A stretch of 16,250 bases of DNA, from contig JAZDFD010000004.1 in assembly GCA_043808155.1 (NCBI GenBank), positions 1 through 16,250 of the forward strand, in the 5' to 3' direction. Positions 6,438 to 15,968 of this stretch are shown one piece after another. This stretch comes from Candidatus Iainarchaeum sp. (GTDB lineage: Archaea; Iainarchaeota; Iainarchaeia; Iainarchaeales; JAZDFD01). The translations under genes and the position numbers were made by a program. The notes under the pieces were generated by a model. The model made no database searches. It was given only the letters and a program-made list of their open reading frames with translations, and had not been told where the DNA came from. Within the stretch, counting starts at the first letter, position 1; every line of letters starts with the position of its first letter.

Positions 6438-7127
6438 ATGAATATTGCGGGTTTACTCAAAACAAGCCTTCTTGATTATCCAAATCATATTTCATGTGTT
6501 GTTTTTACACAGGGCTGTAATTTGAGGTGCCCTTTTTGTCACAATCCAGAACTCATTCCTTTTGAAAATTCTGAATTGATGCCGGAAGCGTCCTTTTTTG
6601 ATTTTTTAGAAAAAAGAAAAAATGTTTTAGAGGGAGTTGTAATAACAGGGGGCGAACCGCTAATTCAAAATGATTTGAAAAAATTTATTTCTAAAATTAA
6701 GAAAATGAAATTTAAAGTGAAACTTGATACTAACGGATGCATGCCTGAAAAATTAAAAGAACTAATTGATGACGGGTATGTTGATTACATTGCAATGGAT
6801 ATTAAAGCTCCATTTGAAAGATATGCAAAATTAACAGGCGCTGAAGTTGACACTGATAAAATAAAAAAATCAATTGAAATAATAATGCACAGCAGAATTG
6901 ATTATGAGTTCAGAACAACTGTTTATCCTGAACTTACACAAACAGATTTTAAAGAAATAAGACAAATGATTCAAGGTGCAAATAAATATTTCCTCCAGCA
7001 ATTCAGAAACGAAAAAACGTTTTCAATAGAAGCAATGGAAAAAGAACCATACACAAAAGAACAATTAGAAGAAATAAAAGAACTAATTGTGAAATATGTA
7101 AAACACGTGGAAATTCGGGGACTTTAA
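6438..7127 (+). CDS. nrdG: Anaerobic ribonucleotide reductase activating enzyme (radical SAM)
   Basis: SLLDYP...VFTQGCNLRCPFCHNP (CxxxCxxC), GVVITGGEP, KLDTNG, AMDIKAP, YEFRTT; adjacent to nrdD. Confidence 0.94.
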   Translation: MNIAGLLKTSLLDYPNHISCVVFTQGCNLRCPFCHNPELIPFENSELMPEASFFDFLEKRKNVLEGVVITGGEPLIQNDLKKFISKIKKMKFKVKLDTNGCMPEKLKELIDDGYVDYIAMDIKAPFERYAKLTGAEVDTDKIKKSIEIIMHSRIDYEFRTTVYPELTQTDFKEIRQMIQGANKYFLQQFRNEKTFSIEAMEKEPYTKEQLEEIKELIVKYVKHVEIRGL

Positions 7128-7171
7128 ATCAAAGGAAGTTAAGTTAACCAAGTAATTCAAAAGAATCTACA

Positions 7172-7750
7172 TTATCCAAGTAACTTTTTCTTTACTTTAT
7201 CCAAAAAGTATTTATGAATTCGCAAATCTTCGTGTAATTCAGGATGAAAGGTAGTAATTATTGCGTTTTCATTCTCAGCCATAAAAATTTCATTTGGTTT
7301 TGAAGCAAGGATTTTTACATCTGGGCCAACAGACCTTATTATTGGCGCTCTTATGAATAAAGCACGTACTGAACCTATGCCTTCAACTTCAATCTGTTCA
7401 ATAAAAGATTCGTTTTGTCTGCCATATGCATTTCTTTCAATAACTGCGTCAATCATTCCAAAGTTTTTCACGCGCACATCATTTGAATTTTTTGAAATTA
7501 AAATTGCACCAGCACAGGTTGCAAAAACAATTAATCCGTTTTTAATTGCATTTTCAAGTGCAGTATCAAGTTTGTTTAAGCGAATTAAGTTTGTAAGTGT
7601 TGTGGATTCTCCACCGGGAATTATTAAACCATGCAGATTTTCAAAATCTTTTGGATGTTTAACTTCAACAGGTTGTATTCCAAGATTTCTTAAAGACGTG
7701 ATATGTTCGGCAAATGACCCTTGAAGGCAAAGAACGCCAATGTTAAGCAT
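7172..7750 (-). CDS. pdxT: Pyridoxal 5'-phosphate synthase glutaminase subunit
   Basis: GVL.LQG.F.EH, LIIPGGESTT, ATCAG (catalytic Cys), RNAYGRQ.ESF, FIRAP, FHPEL. Confidence 0.96.
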   Translation of the reverse strand: MLNIGVLCLQGSFAEHITSLRNLGIQPVEVKHPKDFENLHGLIIPGGESTTLTNLIRLNKLDTALENAIKNGLIVFATCAGAILISKNSNDVRVKNFGMIDAVIERNAYGRQNESFIEQIEVEGIGSVRALFIRAPIIRSVGPDVKILASKPNEIFMAENENAIITTFHPELHEDLRIHKYFLDKVKKKLLG

Positions 7751-7756
7751 GGGGGG

Positions 7757-8638
7757 TTACCATCCCCTTTTTGCATACCTTGTCTCAAGTTCGGAAATCT
7801 CTTGACCTTTCATTGCCTCTCCAAGTCCTTCAGATGCTTCTGCAACTTTATCAGGATCTAAAAAATAGTGAGTTGCCTGAACAATTGCTTTTGCACGCTT
7901 TTCAGGATTCGAAGCTTTGAAAATACCTGAACCAACAAATACTCCTTCAGCACCCAATTGCATTACAAGTGATGCATCTGCAGGTGTGGCTATACCACCC
8001 GCAGCAAAATTAACAACAGGAACTTTTCCCAGTTTCACGGTTTCTTTTACTAAATCAAACGGAACGCGCTCAACTTTTGAAAATTGTTTAAGAACAGGGG
8101 GTTTTGATTTTTTCAAAAAATCAATTTGAGAATAAACTTTTCGCAGATGTTTTACTGCTTCAACAATGTTTCCCGTGCCTGCTTCTCCTTTTGTGCGCAT
8201 CATTGCAGCGCCTTCGGAAATTCTTCTTAAACCTTCGCCCAAATCAGTTTCACCGCAAACAAAGGGAACTTTAAATTTCCATTTATCAATATGAAATTTT
8301 TCGTCTGCAGGAGTTAAAACTTCTGATTCATCAATAAAATCAACACCAAGTGATTCAAGAACCTGAGCTTCTGCGAAGTGACCTATTCTTGCTTTTGCCA
8401 TTACAGGAATTGAAACAGCAGCCATAATTCCTTTAATCATTTCAGGGTTTGACATTCGAGCTACGCCGCCATCTTTTCGTATATCTGAGGGTACGCGTTC
8501 TAAAGCCATAACTGCAACTGCACCTGCTTTTTCTGCAATTGTTGCCTGATCAGAAGTAACAACATCCATTATTACTCCACCCTTGAGCATCTGCGCAAGA
8601 CCTCTGTTAAGTTTTACTCTTTCAACAATATCTTTCAT
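7757..8638 (-). CDS. pdxS: Pyridoxal 5'-phosphate synthase lyase subunit
   Basis: [65 protein letters not shown], ends RGW. ATG 8638 preferred over TTG 8659 because AAGGTTG lies upstream as an SD. Confidence 0.96.
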   Translation of the reverse strand: MKDIVERVKLNRGLAQMLKGGVIMDVVTSDQATIAEKAGAVAVMALERVPSDIRKDGGVARMSNPEMIKGIMAAVSIPVMAKARIGHFAEAQVLESLGVDFIDESEVLTPADEKFHIDKWKFKVPFVCGETDLGEGLRRISEGAAMMRTKGEAGTGNIVEAVKHLRKVYSQIDFLKKSKPPVLKQFSKVERVPFDLVKETVKLGKVPVVNFAAGGIATPADASLVMQLGAEGVFVGSGIFKASNPEKRAKAIVQATHYFLDPDKVAEASEGLGEAMKGQEISELETRYAKRGW

Positions 8639-8785
8639 TTTTACAACCTTCACATTCAAACATCATTAACAAGTAGAATAATTTAACCTGTATATGTTAT
8701 TTAAAACTATTTAAAGTGTTAATAATATATAATCGGTTTTTAATAGTTTTGATGACACATTCTATAAATCCACAGAGGGGCAAAA

Positions 8786-10843
8786 ATGGGCAAAATCCTT
8801 GATAAAGTGAAAAGTATTGATAAACGGCTTATTTTCATATTACTGATTATTTTTCTTCTAGGATTTGGAATCAGAGGTCATCTTCTGAAATATGATTTAA
8901 TGTATGAATTTGACACATATTTCCACACAAAAGCAGTTTCTTATATTTTACAGAACGGATTTATACCTGATAACGATCCGCAGTCATACTTCCAGATGGG
9001 CGGAGCTACAATGGCGACAGGTGCGGATTTCTTCTGGTATTTTAATGCTGCGATTTATAAAATCATTTCATTTGGCGCGCCTTACAGTAAAGAACTTTTG
9101 ATTGAGATGGTTAGGTTTTTGCCTGCAATTTATGGTGCATTAACTGCAGTCGCATTATTTTTCTTTGGTCGTGAATTGTACGGAAATAAAGCAGGGTATG
9201 TAATGGCTTTTATGGGTGCAGTAATTCCAGCATTTGTTTACAGAACAATGGCAGGCTTTTTTGAAGAAGATGCATTAGGTTTTCTTTGGTTAGTTTTAGG
9301 ATTTACATTTCTTGCACGTTCTTTAAAAGATTTGAAATTTGATAAAAGTGCAATTAAAAATGCAGTTATTTCAGGTTTCTTTTTCGTTCTGATGTCCTGG
9401 ACTTGGGAAATGTTTTTGCTTATTCCGTTAGTGTTGGTGGGTTATTTCTTCTTTGCAATGCTTAACATTTATGCAAAGCGTACAAAACAAGAACTCATTA
9501 ATTTCTTCAAACTTTTTGGGATCTCATTTGTTATATTTATAATTGGTGCAACAATATACCGAGGGCCTTACTGGATTACTCAGGTTTTCAAATATATTGC
9601 ATTACTAATTCCAGAAGAAAACATTATGTTTGTTTTTATTGGCGGACTTTTCATATTTGGAATATTAGCATATATTCTTGTTACAATGGCAGGAAAAGAA
9701 AAAACTGGCACTAATAAAACAGTTGCATTTTCAGGACTTGCATTAATGTATGTAGTCATAATTGTGCTTGCATTGATTTTCACAACAATTCCAGACTTCA
9801 GGAGCCAAGGCATTATTGAACAAACAGTTGGTGAAGAAAACACAGGTAAACAATTCTTCGGAAATAAATACAATGCATTAATAATTTTCCCGTATCTTGC
9901 ACTTTTAATAATCCCATGGAGAATGTATCGTGAAGATAAAGAACATCTTAGTGGAATTCTGTTCTTTTGGATTGCAATAACTTTATTCATGGCATGGTAT
10001 AAATTGAAATTCACATACACTTTTGGTTTGCCAATTGCTGCTGCAGCAGGGCTTGTTACAGTTGAAATTTTCAGATATTTAAAAAATAGAACAAACATTG
10101 AAACAAAAGCAGTAGTAATTCCATTAGCAATTCTTTTGCTTACAGGAATTGCAGCAGGTGCAATTTTTGTAGGGCAGGAAGTGCCGACAATTGATCAGGG
10201 AAGTATTAATTTTGCGCAATCATTAGAATGGATGAAAGAAAATACACCAGAAGGATCAACAATATTTAACTGGTGGGATTATGGTCACTGGATTTCATTT
10301 TTGGGGGAAAGAAGCGTATTAATTGATAACAGAAATTTGGATTTTGACGCCGCTTCAGACATGGCCAGATTTATAATTACTGAAAATAAAAATGAAGCAA
10401 ATGAAATTGTAGATAAATACAACCCGGATTATGTTTATCTTACTTTAGATGCATTTTCAAAGGAACGAGCATTTGGAATTTATGCATACAACACAACAAA
10501 TACCTCTGATCCGAGATTAACAAAATATTTCGGTGTTGTTTTCCCCTGTAGCAGTACTGGGAGCGGAGCACAAATTGTTTACACTTGCGGAGCAAATACA
10601 CTTCCAATATCTGAAATATCAAAGATTAATACAGAATGGTCAAATCAGCCGACATATATTGAAGCTGAAAAAATTCCAATGTATGTTTACAGAGCACCTG
10701 ATAATTCATTCATATACATCCTAAATTCAGCCACTAATAACTCAACAATTTCCAGACTTTGGTTCCATGAATCAGAAACAATGCAAAGATTCGAAGAAAG
10801 TTTCAGCACTCAGGGTGTTAAAATTTTTAAAGTAAAAAAGTGA
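8786..10843 (+). CDS. aglB: Oligosaccharyltransferase AglB (STT3 family)
   Basis: Polytopic membrane N-terminus with EFDTYFH, RTMAGFFEED and TVGEE (TIXE-like), then a soluble domain with WWDYG and a DxxxK-type motif. Confidence 0.93.
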   Translation: MGKILDKVKSIDKRLIFILLIIFLLGFGIRGHLLKYDLMYEFDTYFHTKAVSYILQNGFIPDNDPQSYFQMGGATMATGADFFWYFNAAIYKIISFGAPYSKELLIEMVRFLPAIYGALTAVALFFFGRELYGNKAGYVMAFMGAVIPAFVYRTMAGFFEEDALGFLWLVLGFTFLARSLKDLKFDKSAIKNAVISGFFFVLMSWTWEMFLLIPLVLVGYFFFAMLNIYAKRTKQELINFFKLFGISFVIFIIGATIYRGPYWITQVFKYIALLIPEENIMFVFIGGLFIFGILAYILVTMAGKEKTGTNKTVAFSGLALMYVVIIVLALIFTTIPDFRSQGIIEQTVGEENTGKQFFGNKYNALIIFPYLALLIIPWRMYREDKEHLSGILFFWIAITLFMAWYKLKFTYTFGLPIAAAAGLVTVEIFRYLKNRTNIETKAVVIPLAILLLTGIAAGAIFVGQEVPTIDQGSINFAQSLEWMKENTPEGSTIFNWWDYGHWISFLGERSVLIDNRNLDFDAASDMARFIITENKNEANEIVDKYNPDYVYLTLDAFSKERAFGIYAYNTTNTSDPRLTKYFGVVFPCSSTGSGAQIVYTCGANTLPISEISKINTEWSNQPTYIEAEKIPMYVYRAPDNSFIYILNSATNNSTISRLWFHESETMQRFEESFSTQGVKIFKVKK

Positions 10844-10852
10844 GTGATTTAA

Positions 10853-11845
10853 TTGTTCCTTTCAATACTGATTATTTTTATTATTTCATTCATAATTACA
10901 TATGCTGCAATGGGTCCGATTATAAGGCGTGTTGAAGGAAGAGGGCTTGTTGGAAAAGACATGAACAAATTAAGGAATCCTGAAATTCCGGAACTTGGTG
11001 GTGTCGGAGTTTTATTCGGATTTATAATGGCCATGATGGCTGCAATTTTCATTTTCCATTATTTGGAAACTTTAAACTTTGATTTGCAAATAATTCTTGC
11101 AGGTTTCTGCACAATTTTGATTATCGGTTTTTTGGGTTTGGTTGATGATTTAATCGGATGGAAACACGGCGTTAAACAATGGCAGCATGCATTAATTCCT
11201 TTGTTTGCAGCTCTTCCCTTAATGGCATTAAAAGTTGGTACTGCAACAATGATCTTTCCTTTTGTTGGAGCAGTAACTTTTGGAATCTGGTATTCACTAA
11301 TAATTGTTCCAATAGGAGTGACTGGCGCAAGTAATGCATTCAATATGCTTGCTGGTTTCAATGGATTAGAAGCAGGACAGGGCATTTTAATTGGAACTAC
11401 ATTTCTTGCAATCGCACTTATGACTGGAAGTGTAGAAGTTGTTGTTATAATGACTGCATTGTTAGGAGCATTGATTGCATTTTTAAGATTTAACTGGTTT
11501 CCTGCAAAAATATTCGGCGGAGATACATTAACATTACCAATTGGTGCGAGTTTTGCAGTCGCAGCAATTGTAGGCAATATGGAAAAAATAGCAGTGTTAC
11601 TTTTTGCAATTTATTTCATTGAATTATTATTAAAGGCAAAAACAAAATTCAAAGCAGAATGTTTTGGAATTCCCCAAAAAGACGGAACATTAAAAGCAGA
11701 TCCAAAAGGCGGATCAATAACACATGTGATTATGAAAATGGGTAAGTTCAAGGAACAACACGTAACTTTGATAATCCTGGGAATGCAAACTTGTTTGTGC
11801 ATTCTGACTTTTGCTTTATTTTATTTTAGAATTCTGGTAGTTTAA
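10853..11845 (+). CDS. UDP-GlcNAc:polyprenyl(dolichyl)-phosphate GlcNAc-1-P transferase (AglH/Alg7/GPT, MraY-like)
   Basis: GKDMNK..IPELGG, GLVDD, NAFNMLAGFNGLEAG, FNWFPAKIFGGD; many transmembrane segments; TTG start. Confidence 0.88.
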   Translation: MFLSILIIFIISFIITYAAMGPIIRRVEGRGLVGKDMNKLRNPEIPELGGVGVLFGFIMAMMAAIFIFHYLETLNFDLQIILAGFCTILIIGFLGLVDDLIGWKHGVKQWQHALIPLFAALPLMALKVGTATMIFPFVGAVTFGIWYSLIIVPIGVTGASNAFNMLAGFNGLEAGQGILIGTTFLAIALMTGSVEVVVIMTALLGALIAFLRFNWFPAKIFGGDTLTLPIGASFAVAAIVGNMEKIAVLLFAIYFIELLLKAKTKFKAECFGIPQKDGTLKADPKGGSITHVIMKMGKFKEQHVTLIILGMQTCLCILTFALFYFRILVV

Positions 11846-11851
11846 GGTGTT

Positions 11852-12298
11852 TTGTTGAAAATATGTGTTGCTTGTTCAAGCGGAGGCCACTTAACAGAAA
11901 TACTGCAGATAAGAGATATTTTTGATAAACGAAATAATTTCTTTATTACATTCAAACGGAAAGATTCGGAAGAACTTGCAGAAAAAGAAAAAGTATATTT
12001 TGTTTCAGACCCCAAAAGAAATCCAATTTCGTTAATTGTTAATATTTTTCAAAGTTTTGGTATTTTTTTAAAAGAAAAACCAGATGTTGTAATTAGTACA
12101 GGCGCAGGTGTTGCGGTTCCTGTTTGCTACATTGCAAAACTTTTTGGTAAGAAAATAATTTTTTTTGAATCATTCTGCAGAATTCATGAAAAAAGTCTTT
12201 CTGGCAAATTGATTTACCCTATTGCAGATTTATTTTTTGTTCAGTGGCCTGAAATGAAGAAAATGTATCCTAAAGCAAAAGTAGGAAGTGTGTTCTGA
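11852..12298 (+). CDS. Alg14/PssD/Cps14F-like glycosyltransferase, acceptor-binding half
   Basis: CSSGGHL.E, EKPDVVISTGAGVAVP, FFESFCR...SLSGKL.YPIADLFFVQW. The start may be TTG 11855 (SD AAGGTG at 11844-11849). Confidence 0.88.
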   Translation: MLKICVACSSGGHLTEILQIRDIFDKRNNFFITFKRKDSEELAEKEKVYFVSDPKRNPISLIVNIFQSFGIFLKEKPDVVISTGAGVAVPVCYIAKLFGKKIIFFESFCRIHEKSLSGKLIYPIADLFFVQWPEMKKMYPKAKVGSVF

Positions 12299-12774
12299 TG
12301 AAAGTGTATGTTACTGTCGGAACACACAGACAGCAGTTTAACAGGCTTCTTGAAGCAGTAGATTTATGGGTAAAAAAAAGCAAAAACACAAATGTTTTCG
12401 CACAAACAGGAAATTCAGATTACTTGCCTAAACATTTCAAATCACAAAAATTTCTAAGTGATAAGGAATATGAAAAAAATATGAAAAATTCAGAAGTCAT
12501 TGTTACACATGCCGGAGCAGGCACGATAATAAATGCATTGAATCTGAAAAAATCAATTGTTATAATACCGCGACTGAAAAAATTCGGAGAACATACTAAC
12601 GATCATCAATTAGAACTTGCAGATGTGCTTGAAAAAGAAGGTTTGGTTCTTTCCGCAAATGAAAATAATTTTTCAGACGTAATTCAGAAAGCAAGAAACT
12701 TCAAACCTAAAATCAGAAGTGAAAAAAAGAAAACAATAAAGATAATTAATGACTTTTTAAGTGATTTAGAATGA
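12298..12774 (+). CDS. Alg13/PssE/Cps14G-like glycosyltransferase, donor-binding half (GT28 C-terminal-like)
   Basis: VTVGT..QQFNRL, QTG, VTHAGAGTI, IPR...GEH.NDHQLELA; TGATG coupling to the Alg14-like gene. Confidence 0.88.
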   Translation: MKVYVTVGTHRQQFNRLLEAVDLWVKKSKNTNVFAQTGNSDYLPKHFKSQKFLSDKEYEKNMKNSEVIVTHAGAGTIINALNLKKSIVIIPRLKKFGEHTNDHQLELADVLEKEGLVLSANENNFSDVIQKARNFKPKIRSEKKKTIKIINDFLSDLE

Positions 12775-13646
12775 AACGAGTCTCAATAATAGTGCTTAAC
12801 TGGAACGGGAAACAATGGATGGAAAAATGTCTTAGTTCAATTAAAAAAAACACAACTTACCCTGATTATGAAGTGATTGTAGTTGATAACGGGAGTAAAG
12901 ACGGAAGTGTTGAACTGCTTGAAAAATTAAAAACAAAAGGATACATAGATGTACTTATCAAAAATTCGGAGAACATGGGATTTGCTTATGCAAATAATCA
13001 GGGATTTGCAAAAGCACGTGGAAATTATTATTTCATGCTTAATAATGATACATTAGTTACAAAAGATTGGCTAAAAAATGCTGTGCGTGTTCTTGAATCA
13101 AATTCCAGAATTGCAGCAGTAGGAAGTAAATTAATTCAAGAGGCAGATTATGATGCAAAAGAATATGACATCAAACCCGATGTGGAAAAGCAAACAACCT
13201 GCGGAGCTGCAATGCTAATGCGTAAAGATGTGACTGACAAAATTGGTATATTAGATGCTGAAAACTTTTCGCCAATTTACGGAGAAGAAACAGACTGGTG
13301 TTACCGTGCAAGAAATGCAGGTTTTAAAATAATGGAAACAGATTCAAGCAGAGTTGTTCATTTAGGTTCTGTTGATACAAAACGACAAACAGGCAAAGAA
13401 TGGCAGTATACTTTGATGAACACAAACAGACTCAAAGCAATGCTTTACAATTTAGGTCCTGTGGAATTTACAAAGCATGTACCTGGTTTGGGATTGATTT
13501 TCGTCAGAAGCATAAAAGATGGAATGCTTAAATATTTATTAGAAAGCTATTGGAACAATGTGAAAATGTTAGGACATACTCTTAAAGAAAGAAAGAAACG
13601 AAAATTAATTGCAAAGAAAATAAAAAAAGAAAATTCACAAAAGTGA
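12771..13646 (+). CDS. Glycosyltransferase family 2
   Basis: VSIIVLNWNG, VIVVDNGSKDGS, NMGFAYANNQG, LNNDT, EETDWCYRA. Confidence 0.92.
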   Translation: MKRVSIIVLNWNGKQWMEKCLSSIKKNTTYPDYEVIVVDNGSKDGSVELLEKLKTKGYIDVLIKNSENMGFAYANNQGFAKARGNYYFMLNNDTLVTKDWLKNAVRVLESNSRIAAVGSKLIQEADYDAKEYDIKPDVEKQTTCGAAMLMRKDVTDKIGILDAENFSPIYGEETDWCYRARNAGFKIMETDSSRVVHLGSVDTKRQTGKEWQYTLMNTNRLKAMLYNLGPVEFTKHVPGLGLIFVRSIKDGMLKYLLESYWNNVKMLGHTLKERKKRKLIAKKIKKENSQK

Positions 13647-14780
13647 AGCATATAATTTCTCAAATTTATCGCATACTGCTTTTATTGAGTAATTTTTAAC
13701 TGCAATTTCTCTTGCGTTTTTACCATATTCTTCAGCAAGTATCGGATCCTGAATGAATTTAACTATTGCATCTGCAATGCTTTTAGGATTTTCAGATTCA
13801 GGGAGCAGTGCAGTACCTTTTACTGTGTTTGAAACTTCCCCTGAATCAGTTGCAACAATTGCTTTTCCCGAAGCCATGCTTTCCATTAAAGCTACACTTG
13901 TTGTTGCTTTAAATGCAAATGAGTGAACAACGATTTCAGCAGCAGAGTAAAGATTTGGTACTTTTTCAATCGGCACATTACCTAAGAAAATAACATTATT
14001 TTCAAGATTTTGATTTTTAACTTGGCCTTCAAGATTTTTTTTGTGAGTGCCGTCACCTGCAATTAAAAATTTGTAATTAGGAAAATCTTTAACCACGTAT
14101 TTCATTGCTGAAATTGTATAAGATATACCCATTGCATTTGTTTTGTGCAGAGGTTTTGCAGAAACTATAAGATTTTTTCCGTATTTTTTATTGAAATCAA
14201 GAGGTTTTGCTTTTGGGCGGTAAGCATCAGTATCAATTGCACCCGTGATTAATTCAATTTTTTCTTTTGGTATTTTCCACGGGAGAAAAAAATCATCAAT
14301 TACAATCTTACTCCAGGAAATAATTTTATCATAATTCAGACGCGGGAGAAGAAATTTATTAAGAGCAAAAACAAATTTCATATTCAATGAAACATTTTTA
14401 TCAGAAAGGTATTCAACAGCTAAAACATGAGGTATTTTGAGTTTCTTTTTTACTTTGGACCCAATTAGACCAGGGAGTGCATCATTCTGCGAATGAATTA
14501 TTTCTGCATTAAACTCTTTTGCAAAATTAACTGCTTTGTTTTGAATCCAACCAGGAATTAAATATTCAAATTTATGCAGTGCATGATGGCCAAAAGAGGG
14601 TGCATTATAAACTTTAATTCCGAGTTTTTTTTCCTTTTCACGGGAGTACCGCGTGCCGGTTGTGAATACAAAAATTTTGTGGCCTCTTTTGCTCATTTCT
14701 TTGAGGAAATTGACAACAAATACTTCTCCGCCTCCCGAACCCTGCATAGAGTATGTGTGAGTTATGAAAAAGAGTCTCAT
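13635..14780 (-). CDS. Glycosyltransferase family 4 (GT-B, retaining)
   Basis: GGGE N-terminal motif, IAGDG, FLG.VP, ESMASGKAIVATD.G, A.AI. Start uncertain (14780, 14789 or 14792); overlaps the convergent GT2 by 12 nt. Confidence 0.9.
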   Translation of the reverse strand: MRLFFITHTYSMQGSGGGEVFVVNFLKEMSKRGHKIFVFTTGTRYSREKEKKLGIKVYNAPSFGHHALHKFEYLIPGWIQNKAVNFAKEFNAEIIHSQNDALPGLIGSKVKKKLKIPHVLAVEYLSDKNVSLNMKFVFALNKFLLPRLNYDKIISWSKIVIDDFFLPWKIPKEKIELITGAIDTDAYRPKAKPLDFNKKYGKNLIVSAKPLHKTNAMGISYTISAMKYVVKDFPNYKFLIAGDGTHKKNLEGQVKNQNLENNVIFLGNVPIEKVPNLYSAAEIVVHSFAFKATTSVALMESMASGKAIVATDSGEVSNTVKGTALLPESENPKSIADAIVKFIQDPILAEEYGKNAREIAVKNYSIKAVCDKFEKLYASLL

Positions 14781-14904
14781 AATAATCATCAATTATAGAT
14801 TCTTTATATATGCTTTTGGTACAAACATAAACTCCAACGAAAAGAAAGGCTTATTTAAGTTTAAGTTATTAAAGTTTATCTATACTTTTTAATACGGGGA
14901 TTTC

Positions 14905-15960
14905 ATGCAATACTATTGGTTTCAGTTCAAAAGATCGTGGAAAAGGTTTGTTTTTACGCCTTATTTTGGAATACGTAAATTTCTGAATGCAGGACTGCTT
15001 TTCGCACAGTATCTTTTTTTCAGACCGTCAAAAGTAATTGGTTATCCTCTGAAATTGAGTTTTGATCCCAGCAGTATCTGCATGCTGAAATGCCCTTTAT
15101 GCCCGACAGGACAACAGAAAAACGGAAGAACATTGGGAAAAATGGATTTTGAAAAATACAAAAAAATTGTTGATGAAACCGCACCTTACCTTTATGAAAT
15201 TGATTTAAATAACTGGGGCGAACCATTACTGAATGAAAATATTGCAAAAATGGTCGAATATGCGCACAAAAAAAGAATAAAAACAAGCATTAACACAAAC
15301 CTGAATGTTAAACTTTCTGAAAAGCAAGTTGGAGAACTTATTAATGCGGGTTTAGATCAGCTTTATGTTTCAATGGACGGGATTACTCAGAAAACATATG
15401 AAAAATACAGAAAAAAGGGAGACCTAAAAACCGTAATGGATAATATAAAACGTTTTTCAAAAAAGAAAACAGAGCTTGGTGTTCAAAATCCGTTTATAGT
15501 CTGGCAGTTTTTGATAATGAAACATAATGAACATGAGCTTCCTGAATTAAAGAGAGTTAAGGAAGAACTTGGAGTTAATAAATTAGTAAAGGGTTCGCTG
15601 AGAAGTGACATGGGCGATGAAATTTTCATTGAAGATAAAATAAAAGTTGAAAACACGCAGGATTATTTACCACGTGATGAGGGCAACAGCAGATATGATT
15701 ACAAAAAGAAAGAAAGAAAACTGAAAAAAGAATACTGTCACTTGTTATGGTTTGTTGCAGTTGTAAACTGGAACGGCAGTATTGCACCATGCTGTTCATC
15801 ATATTATGAAAAATTTGATTTTGGAAATGCATTTGAACAAGGATTTGGAAAAATATGGAACAATGAAATGTACCAAAAGGCAAGACATGCAGTTGCAAAA
15901 AAAGTTCCTGATTCAGGAACAGTGTGTGATAACTGTTTAAGAACGGGGTTTGTGGATTAG
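14905..15960 (+). CDS. Radical SAM protein with C-terminal SPASM/Twitch domain
   Basis: CMLKCPLC (CxxxCxxC), NWGEPLL, NTN, VSMDG, then C..LW....NWNG...PCC.....FGN....IWN and CDNC. Confidence 0.9.
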   Translation: MQYYWFQFKRSWKRFVFTPYFGIRKFLNAGLLFAQYLFFRPSKVIGYPLKLSFDPSSICMLKCPLCPTGQQKNGRTLGKMDFEKYKKIVDETAPYLYEIDLNNWGEPLLNENIAKMVEYAHKKRIKTSINTNLNVKLSEKQVGELINAGLDQLYVSMDGITQKTYEKYRKKGDLKTVMDNIKRFSKKKTELGVQNPFIVWQFLIMKHNEHELPELKRVKEELGVNKLVKGSLRSDMGDEIFIEDKIKVENTQDYLPRDEGNSRYDYKKKERKLKKEYCHLLWFVAVVNWNGSIAPCCSSYYEKFDFGNAFEQGFGKIWNNEMYQKARHAVAKKVPDSGTVCDNCLRTGFVD

Positions 15961-15968
15961 GTGATACT

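Noticed and set aside
8639-8659. pdxS start at TTG 8659
   Set aside because: This segment contains the SD-like AAGGTTG for ATG 8638.
6390-13646. Genome-wide UGA reassignment (genetic code 4 or 25)
   Set aside because: aglB, the Alg14-like, Alg13-like and GT2 genes end in TGA at expected lengths with the next gene directly adjacent, and no conserved gene here has an internal TGA.
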